Positions 8,795-17,709 of a stretch of 39,499 nt of DNA are shown one piece after another (positions within the stretch are counted from its first letter, which is position 1; every line of letters begins with the position of its first letter). The notes beneath the pieces were generated by a model. That model ran no database searches. It was not told the DNA's origin and was given only the letters and a program-made list of their open reading frames with translations. Source of the stretch: a virus; the IMG/VR virus record IMGVR_UViG_3300029923_000051, positions 1 through 39,499 of that record; one strand, written 5' to 3'. A program made the translations under genes and the position numbers.

Positions 8795-9034
8795 TTAATT
8801 ATTCAATAAAATTATTTTATCTTTTCTGATTTTTGATGTATAATATTTACACTCAATCCAATTTCCATTGTCATCTTTTCCTTTTTCTATAAAATTGGTG
8901 CAAAATTTCCAACAATTTATAGATAATATATGAGTATTTATTGTTGGCTTGTTTTTACAAGAGCATAAATTTATATGATCTTTGTTATAAGTTCTATATT
9001 CAATATTTTTCTCTTTTTTGTAATATTTCATCAA
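8795..9034 (-). CDS. Cys-rich hypothetical protein (79 aa)
   Basis: ORF with CSCK...CWKFC...C. Confidence 0.5.
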   Translation of the reverse strand: MMKYYKKEKNIEYRTYNKDHINLCSCKNKPTINTHILSINCWKFCTNFIEKGKDDNGNWIECKYYTSKIRKDKIILLNN

Positions 9035-9300
9035 TCTAATTTTTCTAATTTCTTATTTCTTAGATAATTTTCAATATCTTTTAATTTAATGGTTTCTAAT
9101 AATTTATTAGGATTTTTTAATAATTTTTTATAAGATTCAACTTCTATCTCTAATGCATCTCTTTCATTTTCAACTAAATTGAATTCATGTAATGTACTAA
9201 TATATTCACGAAATATGTGATCGTATTTATCTTTTAATTTCTCATATTCATCAAAATCTACTCCTGATATTATTTTAATGCTTTTTTTATTTTTTTCCAT
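9031..9300 (-). CDS. KKK-tail family coiled-coil protein (C-term DIENYLRNKKLEKLD)
   Basis: Charged, coiled-coil-like sequence plus the conserved tail. Confidence 0.7.
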   Translation of the reverse strand: MEKNKKSIKIISGVDFDEYEKLKDKYDHIFREYISTLHEFNLVENERDALEIEVESYKKLLKNPNKLLETIKLKDIENYLRNKKLEKLD

Positions 9301-9607
9301 ATTGTAAAATTTCTAATTTCTTTTTTCTTAGATAATTTTCAATATCTATGATATTTAATTGTGGTAGAACAAATTTTGGATCAGTAAAATTTTTATTTAG
9401 TTCATCAAAAAAATAATTCAAATTTTTATGCTCATTTTCTAATTTATAAAATTCATTTCTTGATGTGTTGCGTTGCCTTAATGCTTCATCATAATTAGTT
9501 CTCAATGATTGTTCAATTTTAATATGATCTGAATAAATGTTATCAAATTTATCAGTCAATTTGAGATAACGACGTTCTAATTCATAATATTCTTTATCGC
9601 TTTTCAT
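9287..9607 (-). CDS. KKK-tail family coiled-coil protein (IDIENYLRKKKLEILQ)
   Basis: as above. Confidence 0.7.
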   Translation of the reverse strand: MKSDKEYYELERRYLKLTDKFDNIYSDHIKIEQSLRTNYDEALRQRNTSRNEFYKLENEHKNLNYFFDELNKNFTDPKFVLPQLNIIDIENYLRKKKLEILQYGKK

Positions 9608-9821
9608 TTATTCTATTTAATTTAGTTTCACGTACATAAGATTCTATTATATTGAAATCTATATCGTTTAACACTAATTTTGTATTTGATAAATAAGAAT
9701 GTATTTTATCATTATAAAATCTCAATTCGTTATTTTCATTGTAAATTTTATTGAATTTTGATTTTAATTTGCTAAATTCGTTCTCTAAATTTTTATAATC
9801 TTCATAATCATTTATGTTCAT
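9594..9821 (-). CDS. KKK-tail family coiled-coil protein (IIESYVRETKLNRIN)
   Basis: as above. Confidence 0.65.
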   Translation of the reverse strand: MNINDYEDYKNLENEFSKLKSKFNKIYNENNELRFYNDKIHSYLSNTKLVLNDIDFNIIESYVRETKLNRINEKR

Positions 9822-9828
9822 ATACTAT

Positions 9829-10092
9829 TCATTTAGTGCTTATTTTTCTAAGCTTGGTCTTACGTATATAATTTTCAATCTTAGATAATTTTATGTGGTG
9901 TAATATTTGTTCTGGATTTTCTATAATCTTGTTTCTTAAATAAAGAAGACCACTATCTGCATCATTGGCTTTTTTTATTAAATCTTTGTTTAATTGACGC
10001 AAATTCGCTTTTTCTATCTCAGACTTAGTAAATTCAACTTGTAAATTATGATAACATTCTTGTAAGTTATTATATTTAGTTATTAGTCTCAT
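9829..10092 (-). CDS. KKK-tail family coiled-coil protein (KIENYIRKTKLRKIS)
   Basis: as above. Confidence 0.7.
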   Translation of the reverse strand: MRLITKYNNLQECYHNLQVEFTKSEIEKANLRQLNKDLIKKANDADSGLLYLRNKIIENPEQILHHIKLSKIENYIRKTKLRKISTK

Positions 10093-10456
10093 CTATTTTG
10101 ATTATTTTTTTTGATCGTATAAATTTTTCAATTGTTTCCAACTTCATATTATTTAGAGTATTAACAGATGGAAATTTTAATTCAGTCTCTAAATAAGCTA
10201 ACCTTTTTTCATTTTTTCTTAATTGTTCAACTTCATGTATAAGAATTTTAGTATCATCAAAAAAATCATTACACTTAATTGACAAATTTGAATAATCTGA
10301 GGTAACAGACATAATTATTTCTTCTAATCTATTAATTTTTTCCTCTATTTGAATATCTTTTAAAATATTCAGATTAATTGATGATAAATTATCATTGATT
10401 ATTTTTTCTAATTCTGTTATTTTATTTTCTAATTTAATATTAATCTTTGATTTCAT
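10076..10456 (-). CDS. KKK-tail family coiled-coil protein (TIEKFIRSKKIIKID)
   Basis: as above. Confidence 0.7.
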   Translation of the reverse strand: MKSKINIKLENKITELEKIINDNLSSINLNILKDIQIEEKINRLEEIIMSVTSDYSNLSIKCNDFFDDTKILIHEVEQLRKNEKRLAYLETELKFPSVNTLNNMKLETIEKFIRSKKIIKIDETNN

Positions 10457-10607
10457 TAATTACTAACAGTTTTCGTTTTCTGATATACTTATCAATAAAC
10501 GCAATTGACATAGTATCTAATAATAGAATATTAACGGAATCTAAATCTTTCGTGTTTTCTTTTTTTAAAATAAATAAACGTCTATCTTTTTCTGATAAAT
10601 TATCCAT
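10440..10607 (-). CDS. unannotated 55-aa KKK-tail family member (MDNLSEKDRRLFILKKENTKDLDSVNILLLDTMSIAFIDKYIRKRKLLVINEIKD)
   Basis: Sits in an apparent gap, carries the family motif and overlaps the next gene's start. Confidence 0.45.
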   Translation of the reverse strand: MDNLSEKDRRLFILKKENTKDLDSVNILLLDTMSIAFIDKYIRKRKLLVINEIKD

Positions 10608-10610
10608 GAT

Positions 10611-11099
10611 TTAATTTATATTTTTGTGTTTTTTTATTGTCTCATATGCGCTATTTAATTTTGTGAAATTTCTAGTCGCAATTCCTTGATTTTCTAAAGT
10701 ATCATTTTGATATTTGTCAGGATGCCATTTCATTGACAATTCTCTATATCTTTTTTTGATGGTTTTTTCATCATCATCTTTATTTAATGACATCAATTTG
10801 AAAGAATTATCAACTTTATTATCGATTTTTGGACGATTTATGCTACCATAATCTGACTCATAAAAGTCTGAATGATCATAATTTGTTGATTTCTTATAAT
10901 GAAAATTTCCATTGCCTGCATTTTTAAATATATCTTTAAAATAATCATCAAACTTTTCACCGTACATCTCTTTGAATAAATCATCTAAATCCTTATGCTT
11001 ATAATTTTCGCCGTAATAATCGTTTTCCATTTCTCTTTCTTTTTTGTCATTTTCAGCTTTCATACGTTCTTTCTTTTTTTTATTATTAAAAAACCACAT
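10611..11099 (-). CDS. J-domain (DnaJ-like) cochaperone, 162 aa. J domain at the C-terminus (KKRYRELSMKWHPDK...LNSAYETI).
   Basis: HPD tripeptide within the canonical J-domain helices. Charged N-terminal region. Confidence 0.85.
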   Translation of the reverse strand: MWFFNNKKKKERMKAENDKKEREMENDYYGENYKHKDLDDLFKEMYGEKFDDYFKDIFKNAGNGNFHYKKSTNYDHSDFYESDYGSINRPKIDNKVDNSFKLMSLNKDDDEKTIKKRYRELSMKWHPDKYQNDTLENQGIATRNFTKLNSAYETIKKHKNIN

Positions 11100-11103
11100 A
11101 ACT

Positions 11104-11286
11104 TTAATTATTTTTATTGATTATTTCTAATTTTTTCTTTCTGATATAATTTTCAATAAATTTTATATCCATTTTTTCTAATGATTCTATATCTAATTTA
11201 GATTTGAATATTTTTCTCAATTCATCTGTCATATATACATCAAGTCTATCACTAAAACTTTTATCATTGAATTTACTAAATCTCAT
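11104..11286 (-). CDS. KKK-tail family small protein (FKSKLDIESLEKMDIKFIENYIRKKKLEIINKNN)
   Basis: Near-identical tail to 11291..11488. Confidence 0.65.
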   Translation of the reverse strand: MRFSKFNDKSFSDRLDVYMTDELRKIFKSKLDIESLEKMDIKFIENYIRKKKLEIINKNN

Positions 11287-11290
11287 GTAA

Positions 11291-11488
11291 TTATTTTTTA
11301 TTAATTATTTCTAATTTTTTCTTTCTGAGATAATTTTCAATAATTTTTATATCCATTTTTTCTAATGATTCTGTATCTAATTTAGATTTGAATATTTTGT
11401 TACTTCTTTTTTTATTGAATTTATCCAGATAATAATAATCAAAATTCTTATTATTATGAAAATCTTCATTGTCATTCATCCGATTCAC
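11291..11488 (-). CDS. KKK-tail family small protein
   Basis: as above. Confidence 0.65.
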   Translation of the reverse strand: MNRMNDNEDFHNNKNFDYYYLDKFNKKRSNKIFKSKLDTESLEKMDIKIIENYLRKKKLEIINKK

Positions 11489-11498
11489 AACAATATAT

Positions 11499-12002
11499 TT
11501 AATAATCTAATAAGCAAGCTTCATTATCTTTTATGATTATTCTAATTGTAAAGTAAAAATAATCACAGATTATAATTTCTCTATGATCTTTGTATATGAC
11601 TATTATAGTATCATCCAACAATAATTCTTTTTCAGTCATTACTTTGTTGAAATTTTTATTATCTACAAATGATATTAATTTTTCGTTTAAGAAATTTATA
11701 ACTGCAGTTTTAAGATTTGGTTCCGCAAATTCAAAATCGTAATCCAATAAATAATTTGGATACCTGAATTCAAATTCATCTTCCGCTAATAATGATAACT
11801 CTTTATTTTCAGATAAAGAATCATAATTGAATTTTTTATATCCGTATTCTTCTGTTGATGTTTTGATCAGATTAGATTTATCTGAATTCAAATCTTCTAC
11901 CATTTCAGTTGGCATACAATCCTTTAAGCTTACATAATGATTTAGCTTTTTTAATTCCTTATATTTTTCTAAAAACTCTGTACGATCTCCTGTATAATAC
12001 AT
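11499..12002 (-). CDS. hypothetical protein (167 aa)
   Basis: ORF. Confidence 0.6.
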   Translation of the reverse strand: MYYTGDRTEFLEKYKELKKLNHYVSLKDCMPTEMVEDLNSDKSNLIKTSTEEYGYKKFNYDSLSENKELSLLAEDEFEFRYPNYLLDYDFEFAEPNLKTAVINFLNEKLISFVDNKNFNKVMTEKELLLDDTIIVIYKDHREIIICDYFYFTIRIIIKDNEACLLDY

Positions 12003-12007
12003 GATAT

Positions 12008-12274
12008 TTAATTTTTTAAGTTTAATTTTTTAGATTTATATTCAACGTATGTATGATACGATGTATATGATAATAGATAAATAATAAAAGATATTTCTGT
12101 AATATACAATATATTATTAAATATTAATGAGAATATATTAAAATTGATAATAATTTTATGATATGATAATAATCCTACTGAAATGGAAAATAATGATAGT
12201 ATTAAAACTAACACTACTAAAATGATTCCAGATATTTTAGTTATCTTTTTCATCTTCTTTATCTTTATCTTCAC
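12008..12274 (-). CDS. small membrane protein (2 predicted TM helices)
   Basis: Hydrophobic stretches. Confidence 0.55.
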   Translation of the reverse strand: MKIKIKKMKKITKISGIILVVLVLILSLFSISVGLLSYHKIIINFNIFSLIFNNILYITEISFIIYLLSYTSYHTYVEYKSKKLNLKN

Positions 12275-12497
12275 AAAAATAATTAATTTTATCTGAATAT
12301 TCCAATATGCTCATACCAAAAAACAATAAAATATCTAATTTGAATATACTATCCACCAAAATATAGATATTATTCACAAATGTGGTGTCTATTTTTAATA
12401 AATGTAAAACAACAGTGATTAAAAAAATTGCGACTAATGAAAATAATAATACTAATCCTGAAATAAGAAAGAACTTAACTGCTTTTTTCGTTTTCAT
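12237..12497 (-). CDS. small membrane protein (2 predicted TM helices)
   Basis: Hydrophobic stretches. Confidence 0.55.
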   Translation of the reverse strand: MKTKKAVKFFLISGLVLLFSLVAIFLITVVLHLLKIDTTFVNNIYILVDSIFKLDILLFFGMSILEYSDKINYFCEDKDKEDEKDN

Positions 12498-12781
12498 TTT
12501 CTTTTATTTTTTAAATATTCTAATATTTCTTTGATTTCTACTCCATTTAATATCTGATTATCTGTAAGAGTTGAGAAATCTCTTTTTGAGTAATTGAATT
12601 TTGCATTTTCAATATAAATTGAAATAGCTTTGATGAACCAGAATTTAGATAATTTTTGTACTTTACGTTTTCTAACATAAGATTCAATCTTCTTAGTATC
12701 AATATAATATAGGTAACTAACTAAATCTTTTTTTGTTTCTGGTGCTTTTCTATAGCATTCTCCATCAGTCATATCAGACAT
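12494..12781 (-). CDS. protein with internal KKK motif (IESYVRKRKVQKL), first gene of the minus-strand run
   Basis: ORF with the family motif in its N-terminal half. Confidence 0.6.
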   Translation of the reverse strand: MSDMTDGECYRKAPETKKDLVSYLYYIDTKKIESYVRKRKVQKLSKFWFIKAISIYIENAKFNYSKRDFSTLTDNQILNGVEIKEILEYLKNKRK

Positions 12782-13091
12782 AATTTAATAATTTAAGTTT
12801 TTGTTATTTAATAAAAAAACTTTCACACATGATTAATATATGAAAGTACAAATGTAAGGATATTATTTTAATATTCAATGAATAAACGTGAATATTTTAA
12901 TATTATTTGTTTGCTTTTTTTCTGTAGTGTATATTTACAAAATATAATATTACAAAACAAAGAACAAAAAATGCTGAAATGAAAGTAGGAATAGAACTCA
13001 TGATAATTATTTTTAGTTATACATATTAATTAGAATTACAAAGATAAGGATATTATTTTAATATATAATAATAAATAAAGTTAAATATATT
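12782..13091. promoter_or_regulatory. divergent control region with two ~30-nt direct repeats (...ACAAAnnTAAGGATATTATTTTAATAT) at ~12848-12877 and ~13030-13060
   Basis: The only sizeable non-coding gap. It lies between a leftward run and a rightward gene. Confidence 0.5.
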
Positions 13092-13616
13092 ATGAATAGA
13101 TTAAAAAGATTTGAATCATTTGGTGTGACAGATGATATTATACTTTCAATGACTGATAAATGTATTATTGATAATATTTTTTCGTCAAATGAAAGTATTT
13201 CTGAGTGGTGGAGTAAATTTATAGATTATGGTAAGAAAGGATTATTGACTGCTACTATATTATTATCAATTGCTTTCTCATCTCAATCACAGCAACAAAA
13301 TAAATCAATGGATGTTATTAAGCAGGGTACTCAGATGATGCAATCAAATGATAAGAACAATGTTTATTCATTCTTTGTTGGAATATCAACAGAAAATTCT
13401 TCGTTGTCTATGAGAAATGGTGACATTGAATCTGCTGCAGGATTCAAAGAAATATCAAAATATTATGAAAATTTGAGAGATGGTAAAGATGCAGAAAAAT
13501 TATCAATTAATGCAATTAAATGTATTAAAAAGATTAAAAATTTGTATAATAAATTAGATAAAAACGACATTTCTAACTTTATTCAAAATGGTAAAAATTT
13601 ACACACTATAGATTAA
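13092..13616 (+). CDS. hypothetical protein (174 aa), one central hydrophobic segment
   Basis: ORF. Confidence 0.6.
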   Translation: MNRLKRFESFGVTDDIILSMTDKCIIDNIFSSNESISEWWSKFIDYGKKGLLTATILLSIAFSSQSQQQNKSMDVIKQGTQMMQSNDKNNVYSFFVGISTENSSLSMRNGDIESAAGFKEISKYYENLRDGKDAEKLSINAIKCIKKIKNLYNKLDKNDISNFIQNGKNLHTID

Positions 13617-13986
13617 ATTTATTTGTTGAGAATCCTAAAATCAAATCTAATTTGCTAATAACATGCCATGAGTCATATCCTGGTGATGAGTTACCAATTT
13701 TCATTTTATTTTTAAGTTCATCAATTTTCATTTCTCCATACAAAGAGCTTAATGACGGAGAATATTTAAAATTATTGCTAAGTAAAATATCAGTCTTTGA
13801 TGAATTAGGATATCCATATATAATAATGGTGTCATGATTATCTTGAGTCATTTTATAGATATCATATTCTATTTGATTATCTTCTAATGTATTTATATTT
13901 GTCATTATATCATTACTATAATCATTGAATCTTCTATAATATATGTAATAATCAGTTTTTTTTTCAAATTCTTTTATATATTTCAT
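13606..13986 (-). CDS. MK-KFNI cassette family, subtype B (IEYDIY motif)
   Basis: N-term MKYIKEFEKK, C-term STNKFNL. Confidence 0.7.
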   Translation of the reverse strand: MKYIKEFEKKTDYYIYYRRFNDYSNDIMTNINTLEDNQIEYDIYKMTQDNHDTIIIYGYPNSSKTDILLSNNFKYSPSLSSLYGEMKIDELKNKMKIGNSSPGYDSWHVISKLDLILGFSTNKFNL

Positions 13987-13988
13987 TG

Positions 13989-14375
13989 TTATATGTTAAA
14001 TTTATTGGACATTTTGACACTATCTATTAATTGATCAACATCTTCTATTTCAATTAAAGTCCAAAATTCAGAATTCAAAATAATTTCTTTTTCTTTTTCT
14101 AATTCATCAACTGAAAAAATATCATTATTTGTAGTAAAATTTATACCTTTAAGAATGAAATCACTTTTTGATGATTCTAAATATGCATTTATGGCAAGAA
14201 AAATATCTTTTCCATTCATTATATAATAGAACATATCAAATTTTATTTCAAATTTATTTAATCTTTGAATGTCACTATATAATCTAAGTTTAGATATATT
14301 ATCTAATTGATAAGTTTTTACATATTTCTTAAACTTGTCATCATCTAAACTTTCATTAAATTTTTTTACTATCAT
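13989..14375 (-). CDS. MK-KFNI cassette family, subtype B
   Basis: MIVKKFNESL...SNKFNI. Confidence 0.7.
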   Translation of the reverse strand: MIVKKFNESLDDDKFKKYVKTYQLDNISKLRLYSDIQRLNKFEIKFDMFYYIMNGKDIFLAINAYLESSKSDFILKGINFTTNNDIFSVDELEKEKEIILNSEFWTLIEIEDVDQLIDSVKMSNKFNI

Positions 14376-14698
14376 AAATTAAATTTATTTGTTTGTAATA
14401 TTAAAATTAAATCTTTCTTGTTTCTACTAAAATGATTTATTTCTTTTATGCTAAAAGGAAATGCTTCTTTATTTATTTTTGATGTGAACATTTCTAAATC
14501 TTTTAATAATTGTGGATCAAGATCATATTTTATGATATAAGGATATTGAGCACCAAATGTGTCTACATAATCAATAATTTCTCCTATCATATCATGAATA
14601 AAAGAATTTAATCCACCTGTTTCATCAGTACATATGACAAAATCTCCAATTTCTGGCTTTCCTTCATCTAAACTTTCATTAAATCTTTCTACTTTCAT
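14372..14698 (-). CDS. MK-KFNI cassette family, subtype A (PEIGDFVIC...YPYIIKYDLDP)
   Basis: MKVERFNESL...TNKFNL. ATGA overlap. Confidence 0.75.
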   Translation of the reverse strand: MKVERFNESLDEGKPEIGDFVICTDETGGLNSFIHDMIGEIIDYVDTFGAQYPYIIKYDLDPQLLKDLEMFTSKINKEAFPFSIKEINHFSRNKKDLILILQTNKFNL

Positions 14699-14699
14699 A

Positions 14700-15110
14700 T
14701 TATATATTAAATTTCATAGAATTTATAATAGTCTCTATCTCATCAAATTCAACTTCTGTCCATAAATCATGTTTATTAATTAAGGTATTCTTATAATTTT
14801 CGTCTTCATGTCTAAGAAAATCAAAGTTCATCTTATCAAGAACTACTCTTTCTTCTATATTAATAGGAAATGCATATATTTTAAATGTGAAATGAGATGG
14901 TTCTATATGATCAAAATACTTATAGTATATAATGTTATCTATTTTGCAATTGTTTACTAGATATTCTGAGTCTTGCAATAAAAATTCTATATCATCATCA
15001 TCATAAATGGAATATCTTTTGTAATAAACTTTAATCTGTACGTTAATATCTTCATTAATATCTTCATTAATATCTTCATTATTATGTTCATTAAATTTGT
15101 TGATCCTCAT
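14700..15110 (-). CDS. MK-KFNI cassette family, subtype B, with NEDINEDINEDIN repeat. Start moved to the internal Met (MRINKFNEH).
   Basis: The N-terminal extension in the ORF track reads the upstream gene's end out of frame. Confidence 0.7.
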   Translation of the reverse strand: MRINKFNEHNNEDINEDINEDINVQIKVYYKRYSIYDDDDIEFLLQDSEYLVNNCKIDNIIYYKYFDHIEPSHFTFKIYAFPINIEERVVLDKMNFDFLRHEDENYKNTLINKHDLWTEVEFDEIETIINSMKFNI

Positions 15111-15111
15111 A

Positions 15112-15447
15112 TTATATGTTAAATTTTTGTGCTTGAATTTCAATTTTTAATTCTTCTTTTGTTAAAAATCTGCCATCTTTAATGTCTTTTACTTTTCTTT
15201 CTGTATCATAAACTTGAGATAAATTATAACCATTAGGAATATATAACCCCATTAAATTACCAGGTATTCTAGCAAATATTCCTACAATAAATGAATTATT
15301 AGTTATTAATATATCATATTTTATTTTCAGATTATCAAATTTATTTAAATCTTTAATTATATCATCTATCGAATTATATTTTTCTCCATATAATTTATTA
15401 TATATGAAAATATTTTCAACAGTATCATTAAATTTTAGTATTTTCAT
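15112..15447 (-). CDS. MK-KFNI cassette family, subtype B
   Basis: MKILKFNDT...AQKFNI. Confidence 0.7.
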   Translation of the reverse strand: MKILKFNDTVENIFIYNKLYGEKYNSIDDIIKDLNKFDNLKIKYDILITNNSFIVGIFARIPGNLMGLYIPNGYNLSQVYDTERKVKDIKDGRFLTKEELKIEIQAQKFNI

Positions 15448-15448
15448 T

Positions 15449-15802
15449 TTATAAGTTAAATTTTCGTGCTTGTATTGTTGGTATAATATCTTCTTTCTTT
15501 ATTAAATTTGAACTTCTACCTTTTCTTTTTTCTTCATATTCAGATTCATTATCATAAATATCAGATGACTCAAAATCAATTGGTAGATTTTCTAATAAGA
15601 ATTTTCCATCTAATTGAGCATATACTCCTAAGTAAATGTCTTTTTTATTTAATATGTATATATCATATTTTATGTTCTGTTTGTCTAATTTTTTCAAATC
15701 ATTAAATACATCATCTATCTTATGATATTTTCCTTCTCCACTATATAACTTATAATATATGTGAATTCTTTCGTTATTTTCATTGAATTTTAGTACTTTC
15801 AT
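15449..15802 (-). CDS. MK-KFNI cassette family, subtype B (start at MKVLKFNEN)
   Basis: family termini. Confidence 0.7.
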   Translation of the reverse strand: MKVLKFNENNERIHIYYKLYSGEGKYHKIDDVFNDLKKLDKQNIKYDIYILNKKDIYLGVYAQLDGKFLLENLPIDFESSDIYDNESEYEEKRKGRSSNLIKKEDIIPTIQARKFNL

Positions 15803-15803
15803 G

Positions 15804-16169
15804 TTATATGTTAAATTTATTTGCATTTAAAATTATTGGTATATCTTCTATTCTAATGATCTTATAACCAGCTCCTAAATACTCTTCTTCTATGTCTTCT
15901 TTACTTTTTGCTGATGATGAAATATATTCATATTTTAATATATTTCTTAAATGACAATCAGGATATATAAATATAAAAAAAACTCCAACTATGTGATTAT
16001 AAAGAAAGCTATAATCTACTTCATTCTTAGTTAATTCAACTAAGCAATTTAATAACACATTATATACATCATCAGTCTCAATATTAAATAACATATAATA
16101 TATCTTATTTGGCTCATAAGTATTGTCTTCTGTATAAACAGAATTTTCATTAAATCTTTTTATATTCAT
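15804..16169 (-). CDS. MK-KFNI cassette family, divergent subtype B
   Basis: MNIKRFNEN...ANKFNI. Confidence 0.65.
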   Translation of the reverse strand: MNIKRFNENSVYTEDNTYEPNKIYYMLFNIETDDVYNVLLNCLVELTKNEVDYSFLYNHIVGVFFIFIYPDCHLRNILKYEYISSSAKSKEDIEEEYLGAGYKIIRIEDIPIILNANKFNI

Positions 16170-16170
16170 A

Positions 16171-16527
16171 TTAAATATTAAATTTGCTTGATTGAATTAA
16201 TAATTCAATGTCATCTTTTTTTATAATTCTATTTCCTATGCGTAATCTTGTTTCTATTATACCTTCTTTAGTTTCATTTTTGCTTATCATGAAATTTGGA
16301 ATTGTAGAGTCCAGTTCATAATTTGTAAACGCGTATATTCTGAAGTAATTGAAATTTTTATTAAAATAAAAAATCACGTAATCTATTTTATATCTTTCTA
16401 ATGATAATATATCAGAAGTTAAGTCCTCTAATTCATTTTCAATAATATCATCAGGATTATCATTATACATATTATAATATGTATTTACTTTATTTTTATT
16501 TTCATTAAATTGTATATATGTTTTCAT
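16171..16527 (-). CDS. MK-KFNI cassette family, subtype B
   Basis: family termini. Confidence 0.7.
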   Translation of the reverse strand: MKTYIQFNENKNKVNTYYNMYNDNPDDIIENELEDLTSDILSLERYKIDYVIFYFNKNFNYFRIYAFTNYELDSTIPNFMISKNETKEGIIETRLRIGNRIIKKDDIELLIQSSKFNI

Positions 16528-16845
16528 TTATAAGTTGAATTTTATTGCGTTTAATATAGTTTCTAAATAAATTTTATTCTCACTATAGTATAAAATTTCT
16601 TCTCTATTGATCATGAATGAATTTTTATACTTTATAAGTGTCTCATCTGTTATTTCTTTAATGTCTGGTATATTATCGTATTTTACTATGTATTCATACA
16701 TCCCTCCGTTATCTATTTTTGTTAATACTCCAATATTATTTCTTGTGAATTCATTTATTTTAATATTTGAATGATATTCACATATTATATAATCACCTAC
16801 TTTTATATCGTCAATTATATTTTCATATTTTTTTATATGCTTCAT
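16528..16845 (-). CDS. MK-KFNI cassette family, subtype A (VGDYIICEY...VKYDNIPD)
   Basis: family termini. Confidence 0.75.
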   Translation of the reverse strand: MKHIKKYENIIDDIKVGDYIICEYHSNIKINEFTRNNIGVLTKIDNGGMYEYIVKYDNIPDIKEITDETLIKYKNSFMINREEILYYSENKIYLETILNAIKFNL

Positions 16846-17244
16846 TTATAAGTTGAATTTTTTCGCTCTCATTAAAAATATTATTTCATCCTTAGTTATT
16901 TTTAACCAATCCACATTTTTACGTAATTCTATGACTTTTTCCTTTGATAAATATCCAGAAAAATATGAATTGTCTATGAATTTTGATATTCTTATTTTTT
17001 CTCTATCATCAGGAAAGAAATTAATTCTTATAAATGAACCATTTGTCATGTCTTGATAATATATTACATAATCTATATTTGAATCTTCCAGTATTTTTAT
17101 TTTCTCTATGACTTTGATTAATAATTTTTCATCATCAAATATAGAATTTGATACTATCATAGTGTCAGAATGATAAGAACGTGGTTTAAATTTAGATTCA
17201 TTAGATGATTCATTAAATGATAGATAAGAATTTATGTTATTCAT
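16846..17244 (-). CDS. MK-KFNI cassette family, subtype B
   Basis: ...AKKFNL. Confidence 0.7.
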   Translation of the reverse strand: MNNINSYLSFNESSNESKFKPRSYHSDTMIVSNSIFDDEKLLIKVIEKIKILEDSNIDYVIYYQDMTNGSFIRINFFPDDREKIRISKFIDNSYFSGYLSKEKVIELRKNVDWLKITKDEIIFLMRAKKFNL

Positions 17245-17340
17245 ATGATCTATATATTTAATTTACAATTCATAAAAAAAGAACCTATGAAATTAATCAT
17301 AAGTTCCTTTTATTTAAATTATTATTATTATTAATTTATT

Positions 17341-17703
17341 TTATACTATTATTTTAATATTAAACTTCTCCTCATATAATTTTATTTTTTCTTTTTGATA
17401 TTTAATATTCGAATTTGTTGTATAATCTAAAAGAAATTGTAAAATTTCAATGTGATCTTTAAATATTTTCTGAGATAAGAACTTTTGTATTCCAATATTT
17501 CTATCTGAGATATTTTCAATTGAATCGTAAAAATTTCTAACAATATCAAAAATTACATACAATTGTTCACTAAAATCAAGTGATAATATTTTATCAGAAA
17601 CAATAACAATATCTTTATCAATTTTTAATCCATTTAAAATTGACTTAGTTAATTCTAATATATCATCAGGATTACCATTAAATATAAATTCTCCTTTTTT
17701 CAT
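17341..17703 (-). CDS. family D paralog (120 aa), unknown function
   Basis: Paralog of 17710..18081. Confidence 0.6.
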   Translation of the reverse strand: MKKGEFIFNGNPDDILELTKSILNGLKIDKDIVIVSDKILSLDFSEQLYVIFDIVRNFYDSIENISDRNIGIQKFLSQKIFKDHIEILQFLLDYTTNSNIKYQKEKIKLYEEKFNIKIIV

Positions 17704-17709
17704 AAATTA

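Noticed and set aside
12903-13001. 32-aa hydrophobic mini-ORF (MSSIPTFISAFFVLCFVILYFVNIHYRKKANK) on the minus strand in the divergent region
   Set aside because: Too short to support on its own. It could be a leader peptide or chance ORF in AT-rich DNA, and is mentioned only as context for the direct repeats.
13652-13837. Short plus-strand ORFs antisense to the cassette array (13652..13837, 15508..15705, 16853..17056, 17915..18136, 21555..21803, 23302..23580, 24405..24632, 27977..28213) and 18139..18345
   Set aside because: Nested antisense in family genes, low-complexity, no conserved features. 18139..18345 lies in the divergent promoter gap and overlaps the start of 18213.
17262-17310. Imperfect hairpin AAAAAGAACCTATGA...TCATAAGTTCCTTTT between 17244 and 17341
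   Set aside because: Two mismatches in the stem, so it is only a weak terminator candidate and is not listed as a feature.
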